DNA of 64,000 bases from Clostridia bacterium. Its GTDB lineage: Bacteria > Bacillota > Clostridia > Christensenellales > Aristaeellaceae. Numbering within the stretch: position 1 is the stretch's first letter; the number at the start of each line of letters is the position of its first letter. The stretch spans positions 6,445-70,444 of the forward strand of contig JAZQCB010000035.1 of assembly GCA_045546035.1 (NCBI GenBank). Reading direction: 5' to 3'. The translations under genes were made by a program, and so were the position numbers. Shown here piece by piece: positions 50,301 through 58,106 of the stretch. Below the pieces are notes generated by a model. It saw only the letters and a program-made list of their open reading frames with translations, was not told where the DNA came from and ran no database searches.

Positions 50301-52599
50301 TTTCCCGATCCGCCCAGACGGCAAAGGAGGGAATGAGATCCGTATCCGCTTTCATCAGATGCGCGGGCTCCAGCCCCAGACCCGGCAGCAGCACAGCCAC
50401 CGGCGCCCGGCGGCTTTCCCGGCAGAGGCAGGCGATGAACGCGCCTTTGGCCCCCCGGGAGGAAAGATAGACCTGGGAAAGGGGCGCGTCCCCCGGGGAA
50501 ATGGGAAGGAGCTCGAGGGATGCGTCCGCCCCGGCGCGGCGCCGGTATTCCCGCAGGATCAGAAGGGCCAGCAGCCCCCGGCGGACATGGGTGCGATCCG
50601 GCTCCACGGGGGCGATCAGCCGGCCCGCGGCGGCGGACAGGGGGAAGAAACGGCTTTCCCCCCGAAGATCCGGCAGCAGCGGCACGGCGGGCACATCCCC
50701 GGCGCTCTGGAAGCGGACGCCGGACACCTCCACCCCGCAGACGGAGAAGACCCCTTCCATCAGGCTGCGCAGGGGAGCTTCGGCATCCGGCCGGCGGCAC
50801 ACCGTCAGCAGGTTTTTCAGCAGCATCCGGCTGTCGTTCATGGGATAGCCCTTCAGGAGCGAACCCAGCCCGTCCCGCAGGGCCCGGGCGGCGTTTTCCG
50901 ATTCCTCGCCGGAGGCGGTCAGCATCGTAAAGGCGTTTTCCGCCAGGGCGGGATCCAGAATCTCTCCGGCAAAGGGAGAAGAGGGGCGCCGGGAGCCGGG
51001 CACGAAAAGCGCTTCTCTTTCGCAGGCAGCCTCCAGATCCCGCAGACAGCGCTCCACCGCGGCTTTCAGCATGCGGACCCGCCGCTCCTGCAGACCCAGG
51101 GCGTAGCGCTCCTCGGCAGAGCCGGCGGGCAGCAGCACCAGCTTTTCCCGGGCACTGACCTCCGCCACCCGGCAGCGGGCCAGACAGTCCTCCAGCGCCT
51201 GGCGGGCGCGGAAGCCCCCCAGGGCGCGGAACACGCCGGCGCGCTCGCCTTCCGCGGCGGAGAGCGTGGCCGCCATCCGGTCCAGCTTGCGGAGCTGCTC
51301 CTCCTCGGCGGTGTCGCTCATGGAGGCCCGATGCACGGGCTGCACCTTATCGAGGCCGGAATCCTCGGCCTCCTTCCGGCTGACATCGTATTCGGAGCCC
51401 ACCGTCACAGTCCGCCCGCAGGCGCGCACCGCCTCCTGCCAGAGGGCCGTGGCCTGATCCGCCTCCCGCAGGGGGGCGGGCAGGGCCCGGATCAGCGTCA
51501 GAATCTGCAGACAGATGGCTTTCAGCGCCCGCTCCACCGTGTCCAGCTCCCGCGGGAAAGACACGCCCCCCTCCCCGGAACGGAAAATCCGGCGGAAAAG
51601 GCCGCCCCGCGAGGCGGGCGCCAGGGAGCGGAGCAGGGCGGGATGATCGAAAAACTGGCGGAGGGAGGGAAACAGATCGCTCAGGCACCAGAAGGCGCCC
51701 CGGAGAAAGGCGGCGGCGGGCCGGGCCTGCTGATCCAGGGCCTGCAGGGTCAGGATGCCGGGAGCCTCGCGGGTGTGGAGCCCGGCGGAGGGCACCTTTG
51801 GCCCGCCCAGCGCTTCCCCCAGCACCCGGGCCGCGGCCCAGTCCATGAGACGCCGGGACTCCTCCCCGTCGACCAGGGAGGCGGGCAGGCCCAGCAGCCA
51901 GCAGGCGTCGGCGCCCGTGGTTTCCCGATCGTCCGAGGGGCGAACGAGCTGGCGGTCGCTGAGGGCGGAAAGGGCGGAGCGGGCGTCGCCCAGGGCGCCC
52001 TCTGCGCTGTCGCGGACTTCGGCAATCAGCCCAAGGAAGGGGGCTTTTTCCGGAAAGGAACGGCGGAAAAAGCGCAGGACGGCGCAGGCCAGCCCCGCGG
52101 CGAATCCGTCGGTCAGGTCGCACAGGAGCATGACCCGGACATCCTCGCCCCGGGCCAATAAGAGGGCCATCTCGTCCTTCATCCGCAGGAGCGGAGCGCA
52201 GGCGTCCCCGCCCTCCTCCAGCAGGGCGGAAAGGGCCCATTCGGCGGCTTCCCGATCCGTCCGGAAGGAAAGGGGCTGGTTTTCTCCCCGCAGGGCGGAG
52301 AGAAGCAGCGCGGAGGCCTCGTTTCCGATCAGGCGGGAGCGCTCCGGCAGCTCCGGCTGCCAGACCTCGGAGGAGAAAGAAGCGCGGAAAAGGGAAAAAG
52401 CGTCCTTTCCGGCAAAAAAACGATGGCAGGCGTTGATATCCTCCATCATGGCGCCGGCCAGGGAGTCGGGGGCGGAGGGCAGGATCCGCAGCATGGAAAC
52501 CTCGGGCACTTCCCGAACCGCGCCGCAGCTGAAGGCGGCCAGAATGGCGGGAAGGGACCGGTCGGCCGCCTCGCCCAGCGGAAGGAAATATGCTTTCAA
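47383..52599 (-). CDS. 1738-aa protein: degenerate tubulin-like N-terminus, helical middle, actin/Hsp70-fold C-terminus
   Basis: TTG start with AGAGGGG RBS; IDFGAS (about 48900), LDLGADTAD (about 48290) and LAGRGA (about 47840) fit the actin-fold phosphate-1, phosphate-2 and adenosine motifs; the N-terminus patterns like Tubulin_2. The CDS is likely real, the domain call is tentative. Confidence 0.6.
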   Translation of the reverse strand: MKAYFLPLGEAADRSLPAILAAFSCGAVREVPEVSMLRILPSAPDSLAGAMMEDINACHRFFAGKDAFSLFRASFSSEVWQPELPERSRLIGNEASALLLSALRGENQPLSFRTDREAAEWALSALLEEGGDACAPLLRMKDEMALLLARGEDVRVMLLCDLTDGFAAGLACAVLRFFRRSFPEKAPFLGLIAEVRDSAEGALGDARSALSALSDRQLVRPSDDRETTGADACWLLGLPASLVDGEESRRLMDWAAARVLGEALGGPKVPSAGLHTREAPGILTLQALDQQARPAAAFLRGAFWCLSDLFPSLRQFFDHPALLRSLAPASRGGLFRRIFRSGEGGVSFPRELDTVERALKAICLQILTLIRALPAPLREADQATALWQEAVRACGRTVTVGSEYDVSRKEAEDSGLDKVQPVHRASMSDTAEEEQLRKLDRMAATLSAAEGERAGVFRALGGFRARQALEDCLARCRVAEVSAREKLVLLPAGSAEERYALGLQERRVRMLKAAVERCLRDLEAACEREALFVPGSRRPSSPFAGEILDPALAENAFTMLTASGEESENAARALRDGLGSLLKGYPMNDSRMLLKNLLTVCRRPDAEAPLRSLMEGVFSVCGVEVSGVRFQSAGDVPAVPLLPDLRGESRFFPLSAAAGRLIAPVEPDRTHVRRGLLALLILREYRRRAGADASLELLPISPGDAPLSQVYLSSRGAKGAFIACLCRESRRAPVAVLLPGLGLEPAHLMKADTDLIPSFAVWADRETAEFRDPCLYLSEGDRRILTEQLTRMRADMKDACSKPFLDFLADWHQDIVHARPGHQEDPSLSLRLRIACGLTRLPIWQKELSRAVSRFESGLEADAVCAALSGSPSFAAAQAKVSEDVLYTFRGTPLARESAVFLLESAHAPEEETLLASLNTECDILEHSSDDYHEALAAGLEELLARYPGADPQATAVARKLLEEAKEPIREEVTELTWPWDTVSASVQTILTECLGPELASAALRPFSEALALIPARGGEVIGDALLSSLCLISREADAPAEAENTESSGEPAADFQEQERAPAAAVRSDAALPPLDPDFAAMLCRTPRGRTLIRDGFLSFSAEGSRIRASLTLEGAFTLKLTRVYAGEEIIPFYAHDLPTVALWPSLPFDPEKWRAYFTYAHCPEDLQISLCTGKEIIPVGGSAPRFSACTLAFPLCYLFRKGGRSVGALPNLLPAPDLPAGGDWTACIDFGASALSVIFTEGSRRFPLQGPVSVRTILRSPAAAEDLLWREFLPAVPVSALLPAALRIFRNEPGAGDLPFRDSCVFMSSSLRDVLDVPPEALYTDLKWNGEKGRSVRLCLHQIMLMAALQARLAGAASLGWRAALPDEMASEGRGRLADLFHSLAEKIREESGLPLPPKAPPVLFAPESSALGAYFRFCSPEDARGGFMTLDLGADTADISLFLRGREAAARTCQLPLGFHNMLLPDLLRDPDLIGSDFGFIPDPLLQEDLAAFRAVLDRARSGAAALRQARYALDALVADHEDMLLSALAQRRADGAPGRSGALVLFYAGWLMMLCGLVLLQIAGDSQRNDTLPESMTLFLAGRGAGWIERMSPPVKTALWHFLTMFRNPRVSSLYLVFSAEKKLEIPVGLSLVGETTAGVPRPSAVPASISVRPEELLPEFLVRFRREFPQEAALLFPGLYANDYYDPFTPFGRQAILQAGQAAFAGRGEAPRPYSALSAFPGLLMDILREGFA

Positions 52600-52915
52600 A
52601 AGGAACCCCTCTTTTCAGAAAAAGGCTTTTTATCGAACCGCGCCAGGGGAAACCGCGGAAGGTTTGGCCGGAGCGCGGGAAAAAGAAAGGAAGACGGCAG
52701 CGGGCGCAACCTTCGCCGCACGGGCCGCGAACCGGGAAAAAAAGAACGGCAGCGGGCGAAATCTTTGGCGCGCAGGCCGAGGACGGGGAACGGAATTCCC
52801 GGCAAACCACAGACCATAAACATTTCTCCGCGGAGGAGCTGAATCCCTGCTTTTTGCAGGCACTGTTTGTATGCTATACTGCCCGGGAGAGCGCTTCCGA
52901 AACGTGGCGCGATGG

Positions 52916-53040
52916 GGGCGACCGTCCCATCATCGTGCCGGTGAAAAGCGCTGGGCCCGGCGAGGGGCGCGATGGCCGCGGGCGACCGTCCCATCATCGT
53001 GCCGATGAAAAGCGCAGGGCCCGGCGGGGCGCGACGGCCG
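52916..53040 (+). repeat. near-perfect 64-bp tandem duplication in an intergenic leader
   Basis: Units start at 52916 and 52980 (gggcgaccgtcccatcatcgtgccg...ggccg); 3 substitutions and one 2-nt indel. Confidence 0.9.
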
Positions 53041-53074
53041 AGAGCTTTATTTTCGGGGAAAGGAAAACGAAGAG

Positions 53075-53308
53075 ATGAAAAAGGAAAACGTGCTGCCGGC
53101 GATGGGCGCGGCGCTGTGGATTCTGGGACTGATTCTGGCGATTGTGGGGCTGAATATTCGGAGCGACGCAGGCCGGGGGCTCGCGGTGGCCGGAAACATC
53201 CTGTTCCTCGTCGGGCTTGGCATCGAGGGCGTGGTCTGGGTCCGGAAAAAGAAAACGGAGGACGAAAAGACGCCGGCTGACGGAAAAACGAGCAGAAAAA
53301 CGCAGTAA
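53075..53308 (+). CDS. small two-TM membrane protein
   Basis: Two hydrophobic helices and a Lys-rich tail (77 aa). Confidence 0.7.
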   Translation: MKKENVLPAMGAALWILGLILAIVGLNIRSDAGRGLAVAGNILFLVGLGIEGVVWVRKKKTEDEKTPADGKTSRKTQ

Positions 53309-53608
53309 GCAGGGCAGCAAGAAACATAACCGGGCGCTTGAAAAAATATTTCCAAAGTTTGCAGGAAATGGCAGACTCTTTCCCGAAATATACAAACGGA
53401 AACCAAAAGGAAAGGGCGTGGTGCCCATGGCACAGGAGAAGGAGCGAAGCGGCGGCGGATAACCGGCGCTTTGCGAAGCAGCCCGATCAGGCGCTTTTGA
53501 AAACGGCCGCGGCGGGAAAAACCGGACGCTTCCGGGGGAAAAGACTCCCGGCGGGAAGCAGGGCACCCGGCGCGGCGGAAACAAACGAAAGGAGACCGAC
53601 CAGATTTT

Positions 53609-54142
53609 ATGAAGCTGATCATTAACGCGAGAAACATGTCCGTCACCCCCGGGATTACCAAACGGGTGGAAAAGAAAACCAATACCATGAGCCGCTATCT
53701 GCTTCCCGAAACCGAGATGCAGGTTCGGATGCGGAAGGAAAAGGACGAGAAGCGGGTTGTGGAGATTACGGTTCCCATGGGAAACAACGTGATTCTTCGG
53801 AGCGAGGCGGCCGATCAGAACCTGTTCGTGGCCATCGACCAGGCGCTGGCCAAGATTGAGCGCCAGATCCGTAAGCACAGGACCAAGCTGGCCAAGCGCC
53901 TCCGGGAAGACGCGTTTGTGGAAGTACCGGAGTATTACGAGGAGGAAACGGAGGAAGAGGATCGGAAGGTCGTCCGGCGGAAGACCTTCCCGGTTCGCCC
54001 CATGAGCGTGGAAGACGCGATTATCGAGATGGAAATGCTGGGGCACAATTTCTTCGCTTTTGTCAATATCGATACCGAGCGGACCAACGTCCTGTACCTG
54101 CGCAAGGACGGGAACCTGGGTCTGCTGGAACCCGAAGCGTAA
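53609..54142 (+). CDS. hpf: ribosome hibernation promoting factor (long HPF)
   Basis: NLFVAIDQALAKIERQIRKHRTK and KTFPVRPMSVEDAIIEMEMLGHNFFAF C-terminal domain; AAGGAG RBS. Confidence 0.95.
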   Translation: MKLIINARNMSVTPGITKRVEKKTNTMSRYLLPETEMQVRMRKEKDEKRVVEITVPMGNNVILRSEAADQNLFVAIDQALAKIERQIRKHRTKLAKRLREDAFVEVPEYYEEETEEEDRKVVRRKTFPVRPMSVEDAIIEMEMLGHNFFAFVNIDTERTNVLYLRKDGNLGLLEPEA

Positions 54143-54260
54143 GCGGAAACGGGGAGCTGTTTTCGGCCCCCGACAGGTGTTCATAACGGAAAAAGCCATT
54201 TTCTCCGGCGGAGCGGGAAACGGATCTCCCCTCCGCCTTTTTTGCGCGCTTTCTCCCCCC

Positions 54261-54289
54261 TTGAACAAAGGAAAAAGCTTTGCTATAAT
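54261..54289 (+). promoter_or_regulatory. sigma-70 promoter
   Basis: TTGAAC-17bp-TATAAT with TG extension. Confidence 0.7.
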
Positions 54290-54317
54290 GCGCTTTGGCC
54301 CGCGGGAGGGGCAGGAA

Positions 54318-54569
54318 ATGAGATGCGGATGCAAGGTATGTGAAGCGTTCATGGTTCATGCGGAAAGCGATCGGCTGGGCTGCGTGTGCCCGGCCTGCGG
54401 CTATCGGTGCACGGACTGCCTGGGAACGGATACGGTGGTTTCCCGGGATCATCTGGCCTCCCTGGCGGCGGATCCCCGTTTTTCCCCGGAAAGCCTGGAG
54501 GCGGCCTTCGCGCCGCGGGAGGCGGAGGACGGGGATGTCAGCGACGACGACCGCTGGCGCGGACTGTAA
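54318..54569 (+). CDS. small Cys-rich (putative Zn-binding) protein
   Basis: MRCGCKVC...GCVCPACGYRCTDCLG, eight Cys; own promoter and GGAGG RBS. Confidence 0.7.
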   Translation: MRCGCKVCEAFMVHAESDRLGCVCPACGYRCTDCLGTDTVVSRDHLASLAADPRFSPESLEAAFAPREAEDGDVSDDDRWRGL

Positions 54570-54778
54570 CTGGAAGCGGAGCCGCCATTCCGGCCGATTG
54601 CAATGAAGAATCGGCTTCGGCCGCTGCGGGCGGGGGAAGCAACCGGAAGCGGGACTGCCATTCCGGCCGCCCGGGGCGAGGACATGGCCTCGGCCGCCGC
54701 GGAAAGGCGGAATCGCGGCCTCCGGCGAATTCGCGGGAGGTCCTGTGAACGACAAAATGGATGGAGGAAAAGAAGCAA

Positions 54779-55654
54779 ATGAAGTGGTTTATGGATGTGC
54801 TGCGGGGCATGGTGATCGGCCTGGCCAACGTGATTCCCGGGGTGTCCGGCGGAACGATGATGGTTTCCATGGGCATCTATGACAAGCTGATCTGGTCGAT
54901 CAATCACCTGTTTACGAAGTTTAAGGAATGCATCAAGGTGCTGCTGCCCTATCTGGTGGGCATGGTGCTGGCCATCGCCCTGGGGGCGATTGGACTGAAG
55001 GCGGCCTTCGCCAACTTCCCCCTGCCGACCAACGCGCTGTTCATCGGCCTGATTCTGGGCAGCCTGCCCTTCATCCTCAAGGAAATGAAGGGGGAGAAGA
55101 TCGGCTGGCAGGGCGTGGTCGTCTTCGTACTGTTCTTCGCGCTGGTGGTGGTGCTCAAGGCCGTGGAGGCGAACAACAAGGCCGCCATCGAGCTGAACGT
55201 CCTGGAGGTTATCAAGCTCCTGTGCCTGGGCGCCATCGCCTCCGCCACCATGGTCATCCCCGGCGTGTCCGGCAGCATGATCCTGAAAACCCTGGGGTAT
55301 TATGAGCCCATCGTGACCGAGGCGATCCCCGCCCTGCTCAAGGGAATCTCCTCCGGAAACGGCGATATGATCCTGCACAATGTGGGCATTCTGCTGCCCT
55401 TCGGCATCGGCATCGTCGTGGGCATCTTCGGCATCGCGAAGCTGATCGCCTTCCTGATGAAGAAATGGAAGGGCCGGACCTATTGCGCGATTCTGGGCAT
55501 GGTGGCCGCGTCCCCGGTGGTGATTCTGATGGATCCTTCCATCTACGAGGGATTCAATGTGTGGATCTGCGTGGCGTCGGTGGTGTGCCTGGCGCTGGGC
55601 GTGTTCGTGGCCTTCAAGCTGGGCGGCGATCCGGAACCCGCGAAGGAAGCATAA
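54779..55654 (+). CDS. DUF368 protein (undecaprenyl-phosphate translocase family)
   Basis: Duplicated motifs ANVIPGVSGGT and MVIPGVSGS; multi-TM. Start may be 54761. Confidence 0.9.
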   Translation: MKWFMDVLRGMVIGLANVIPGVSGGTMMVSMGIYDKLIWSINHLFTKFKECIKVLLPYLVGMVLAIALGAIGLKAAFANFPLPTNALFIGLILGSLPFILKEMKGEKIGWQGVVVFVLFFALVVVLKAVEANNKAAIELNVLEVIKLLCLGAIASATMVIPGVSGSMILKTLGYYEPIVTEAIPALLKGISSGNGDMILHNVGILLPFGIGIVVGIFGIAKLIAFLMKKWKGRTYCAILGMVAASPVVILMDPSIYEGFNVWICVASVVCLALGVFVAFKLGGDPEPAKEA

Positions 55655-55666
55655 CTTCATCTGTTT

Positions 55667-55694
55667 AGCCCGGCGCGAAGGCGCCGGGCTTTTT
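55667..55694 (+). terminator. intrinsic terminator
   Basis: agcccggcgc-gaag-gcgccgggct followed by TTTT. Confidence 0.8.
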
Positions 55695-55809
55695 CAGACC
55701 ATTGTAAAAAGGCTTTCCGGCGCCTGCAAGCGCGCGTTCTCTTCGGCCTCCGGAAGAGAAGGGGGCTTTCCCGCGAAGGATGGGGCGATTTGAATTCCTG
55801 AAAAAAGGC

Positions 55810-55838
55810 TTTACAATCAGGTGGAGAAGCGGTATAAT
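55810..55838 (+). promoter_or_regulatory. sigma-70 promoter of the sugar ABC operon
   Basis: TTTACA-17bp-TATAAT. Confidence 0.7.
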
Positions 55839-55892
55839 TTTTCCATCCAAGGCGGACGACCGCCGAACAGTTAAAAAAGGAGGTTTCCCTGT

Positions 55893-57149
55893 ATGAAAAA
55901 GCTGCTTTCCCTGTTGCTGGCCTGCGCGCTGATGCTGGGATGCATGTCCTTCGCGGCCGCGGAGGATGTGGTGCTGGATGTGATTATCGCCCAGTACGGC
56001 CCCGCGACGGAAGACTGGTTCCTGGGCAAGGGAATGGACGGGTCCAACTTCGTGGCGAAGTTTGAGGCCGCCAATCCCGGCATCAAGCTGAACCTGCAGG
56101 TCGTTTCCTGGAACGATCTGTCCACCGAGGTTTCCACCCGGATCGAGAACAAGAACGCTCCTGACATCCTGAACATCGACACCTTCGCCCAGTATCAGGC
56201 GGACGGGCTGCTGCTCCCCGTGAGCGATTACTGCCCGGAAGAACTGTTCAAGGATTTCTTCCCCTCCTTCATTGACCAGAGCGTCGTGGACGGCGTCTGC
56301 TGGGCCGTGCCGGATCTGGCTTCCGCCCGCGCGCTGTATTACAACGTGGACATGCTGAAGGAAGCCGGCGTCGAAGTGCCGACTACCTGGGCCGAGCTCG
56401 AGGACGCCTGCCAGGCGATCATCGACTTCTACGGCGGTGAGGTTTATCCCTGGGGCATCGATATGACCACCGATGAAGGCCAGGCGGCCTTTGCCTACTA
56501 TACCTGGGGCAACGGCGGCGGCTTCGTGGACGCCGACGGGAAGTGGGCCCTGAACAGCGACGCCAACGTCGAGGCGATTAACTTCGCCGTGGGCCTGGTA
56601 AAGAAGGGCTACACCAACCCCAATCCCGCCACCCAGACCCGGTATGACCTGCAGGATATGTTCGGCGCCGGCAAGCTGGCGATGATGATCGGCCCGAACC
56701 AGATCCCCAGCTACCTGAAGGAAAAGGGATATACCATCAACTGCGCGACCGCGGCCATTCCCGCCAACGAGGGCAAGGTGGCCAGCTCCGTCGGCGTCAT
56801 GGACCGGATCATGGCCTTCCGCGATGACTCCGCCCCCGATCAGGCGGCCCGGAACGCGGCTATCGGCAAGTTCCTGACCTTCTTCTATGATCCCGAAAAC
56901 TACGTGCCGTGGGTCTCCATGGAAGGCTTCCTGCCGGCGGTGAACTCCGCGGTTGGCGCCCTGGTGGCGGCGGATCCCTCCTTCGAGGCCTGGCTGAGCG
57001 TGCTGGATACGGCGAAGTTCTATCCGCTGACCGAATCCAAGTGGGCGGATGTGAAGACCGGCGTCATCGCCGTGGAGCAGAACGCCCTGACCGGCGGCGA
57101 CGTGAAGACCCTGCTGGACGATCTCCAGAAGAACATCGCCGGGGATTGA
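55893..57149 (+). CDS. carbohydrate ABC transporter substrate-binding protein (CUT1)
   Basis: Signal peptide; APDILN, AVPDLASARALYYN, PTTWAEL, FGAGKLAMMI. Confidence 0.9.
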   Translation: MKKLLSLLLACALMLGCMSFAAAEDVVLDVIIAQYGPATEDWFLGKGMDGSNFVAKFEAANPGIKLNLQVVSWNDLSTEVSTRIENKNAPDILNIDTFAQYQADGLLLPVSDYCPEELFKDFFPSFIDQSVVDGVCWAVPDLASARALYYNVDMLKEAGVEVPTTWAELEDACQAIIDFYGGEVYPWGIDMTTDEGQAAFAYYTWGNGGGFVDADGKWALNSDANVEAINFAVGLVKKGYTNPNPATQTRYDLQDMFGAGKLAMMIGPNQIPSYLKEKGYTINCATAAIPANEGKVASSVGVMDRIMAFRDDSAPDQAARNAAIGKFLTFFYDPENYVPWVSMEGFLPAVNSAVGALVAADPSFEAWLSVLDTAKFYPLTESKWADVKTGVIAVEQNALTGGDVKTLLDDLQKNIAGD

Positions 57150-57162
57150 TTTCTGATTCCCT

Positions 57163-57197
57163 CCGGGGAGGCCGAAGGCCGGCCTCCCCGGTTTTTT
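57163..57197 (+). terminator. stem-loop after the SBP gene (mRNA stabiliser/partial terminator)
   Basis: ccggggaggcc-7nt-ggcctccccgg followed by TTTTTT. Confidence 0.7.
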
Positions 57198-57218
57198 GGA
57201 TAAGGGGAGGAGTGGCCT

Positions 57219-58106
57219 TTGAATAACGTTTTTATGCGGCACAAGTGGGAGCCCTATGTCTGGATCCTGCCCAGCATCTTGCTGATGCTGATTTTTGTGC
57301 TGTTTCCCATCGGCATCGTGTTCCATCTGGCCTTCAGCAGCATCAGCCGCTCGGGCGTGGTGGGCGGATTTATCGGCCTGAAGAACTTCCAGGACGCGGT
57401 GGCTTTGCCCGCCTTCCCCCAGGTCATGCTGAACACGCTGATCTGGGTGGTTTCGGTGGTGGGGCTGTCGACGCTGATCGGGTTCATTTGCGCCCTGGTG
57501 CTGAACCAGCGCTTCCGGGGCCGGAAGATCGCCCGGTCGATCATGGTGTTCCCCTGGGCGGCGTCCCTGGTGATCCAGGCTTCGGTCTGGAACTACATCA
57601 TCAAATTGGAATACGGGCATCTGAACAACCTGCTGCTGAACACGGGCCTGCTGACCCAGGCGGTCAACTGGCGCTCCAGCTGGCAGATTGAGTTCGTATG
57701 GGAATGCGCGGTGGGCATTATCGTGACCATCCCCTTCGTGACCTTTACGGTGCTGTCCGGACTGCAGTCCATCGACAAGGCCTATTACGAGGCGGCGAAG
57801 GTGGACGGGGCCTCCTTCTGGCAGAAGCTGTTCAACATTACGGTTCCCCTGGTGAAGCCCTCCCTGACGGTCAGCACGGTGCTGAACATCATCTATGTTT
57901 TCAACTCTTTCCCCATCATCTATACCATCACCAAGGGCGCGCCGGCCAACAAGACCGACACCATGGTGACCTGGCTGTATATGCTGGCCTTCTATGATCA
58001 GAAAAAAGGCCCGGCCACGGCGCTGTCCGTCATCGGGTTCCTGATCCTGGCGGTGGCCTCCGGGCTGTATATGCTCATCACCATGCGAGGGGAGGAGGAT
58101 CTGTGA
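57219..58106 (+). CDS. carbohydrate ABC transporter permease
   Basis: TTG start; EAA motif SIDKAYYEAAKVDGASFWQ..ITVPLVKP. Confidence 0.92.
   Translation: MNNVFMRHKWEPYVWILPSILLMLIFVLFPIGIVFHLAFSSISRSGVVGGFIGLKNFQDAVALPAFPQVMLNTLIWVVSVVGLSTLIGFICALVLNQRFRGRKIARSIMVFPWAASLVIQASVWNYIIKLEYGHLNNLLLNTGLLTQAVNWRSSWQIEFVWECAVGIIVTIPFVTFTVLSGLQSIDKAYYEAAKVDGASFWQKLFNITVPLVKPSLTVSTVLNIIYVFNSFPIIYTITKGAPANKTDTMVTWLYMLAFYDQKKGPATALSVIGFLILAVASGLYMLITMRGEEDL

Noticed and set aside
52916-53040. Possible mini-CRISPR array
   Set aside because: Only two units, identical along their whole length with no unique spacer, and no cas genes in the window.
53363-53462. Sigma-H-like promoter and an 11-aa leader peptide (MAQEKERSGGG) upstream of hpf
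   Set aside because: The -10 match is imperfect (GAAAT) and the peptide has no supporting features; cannot be supported from sequence alone.
55702-55815. Repeated AAAAAGGCTTT motif as a sugar-operon operator
   Set aside because: Similar strings occur in unrelated intergenic regions (about 20415, 28728, 52620), and it is not a clean cre/LacI palindrome.
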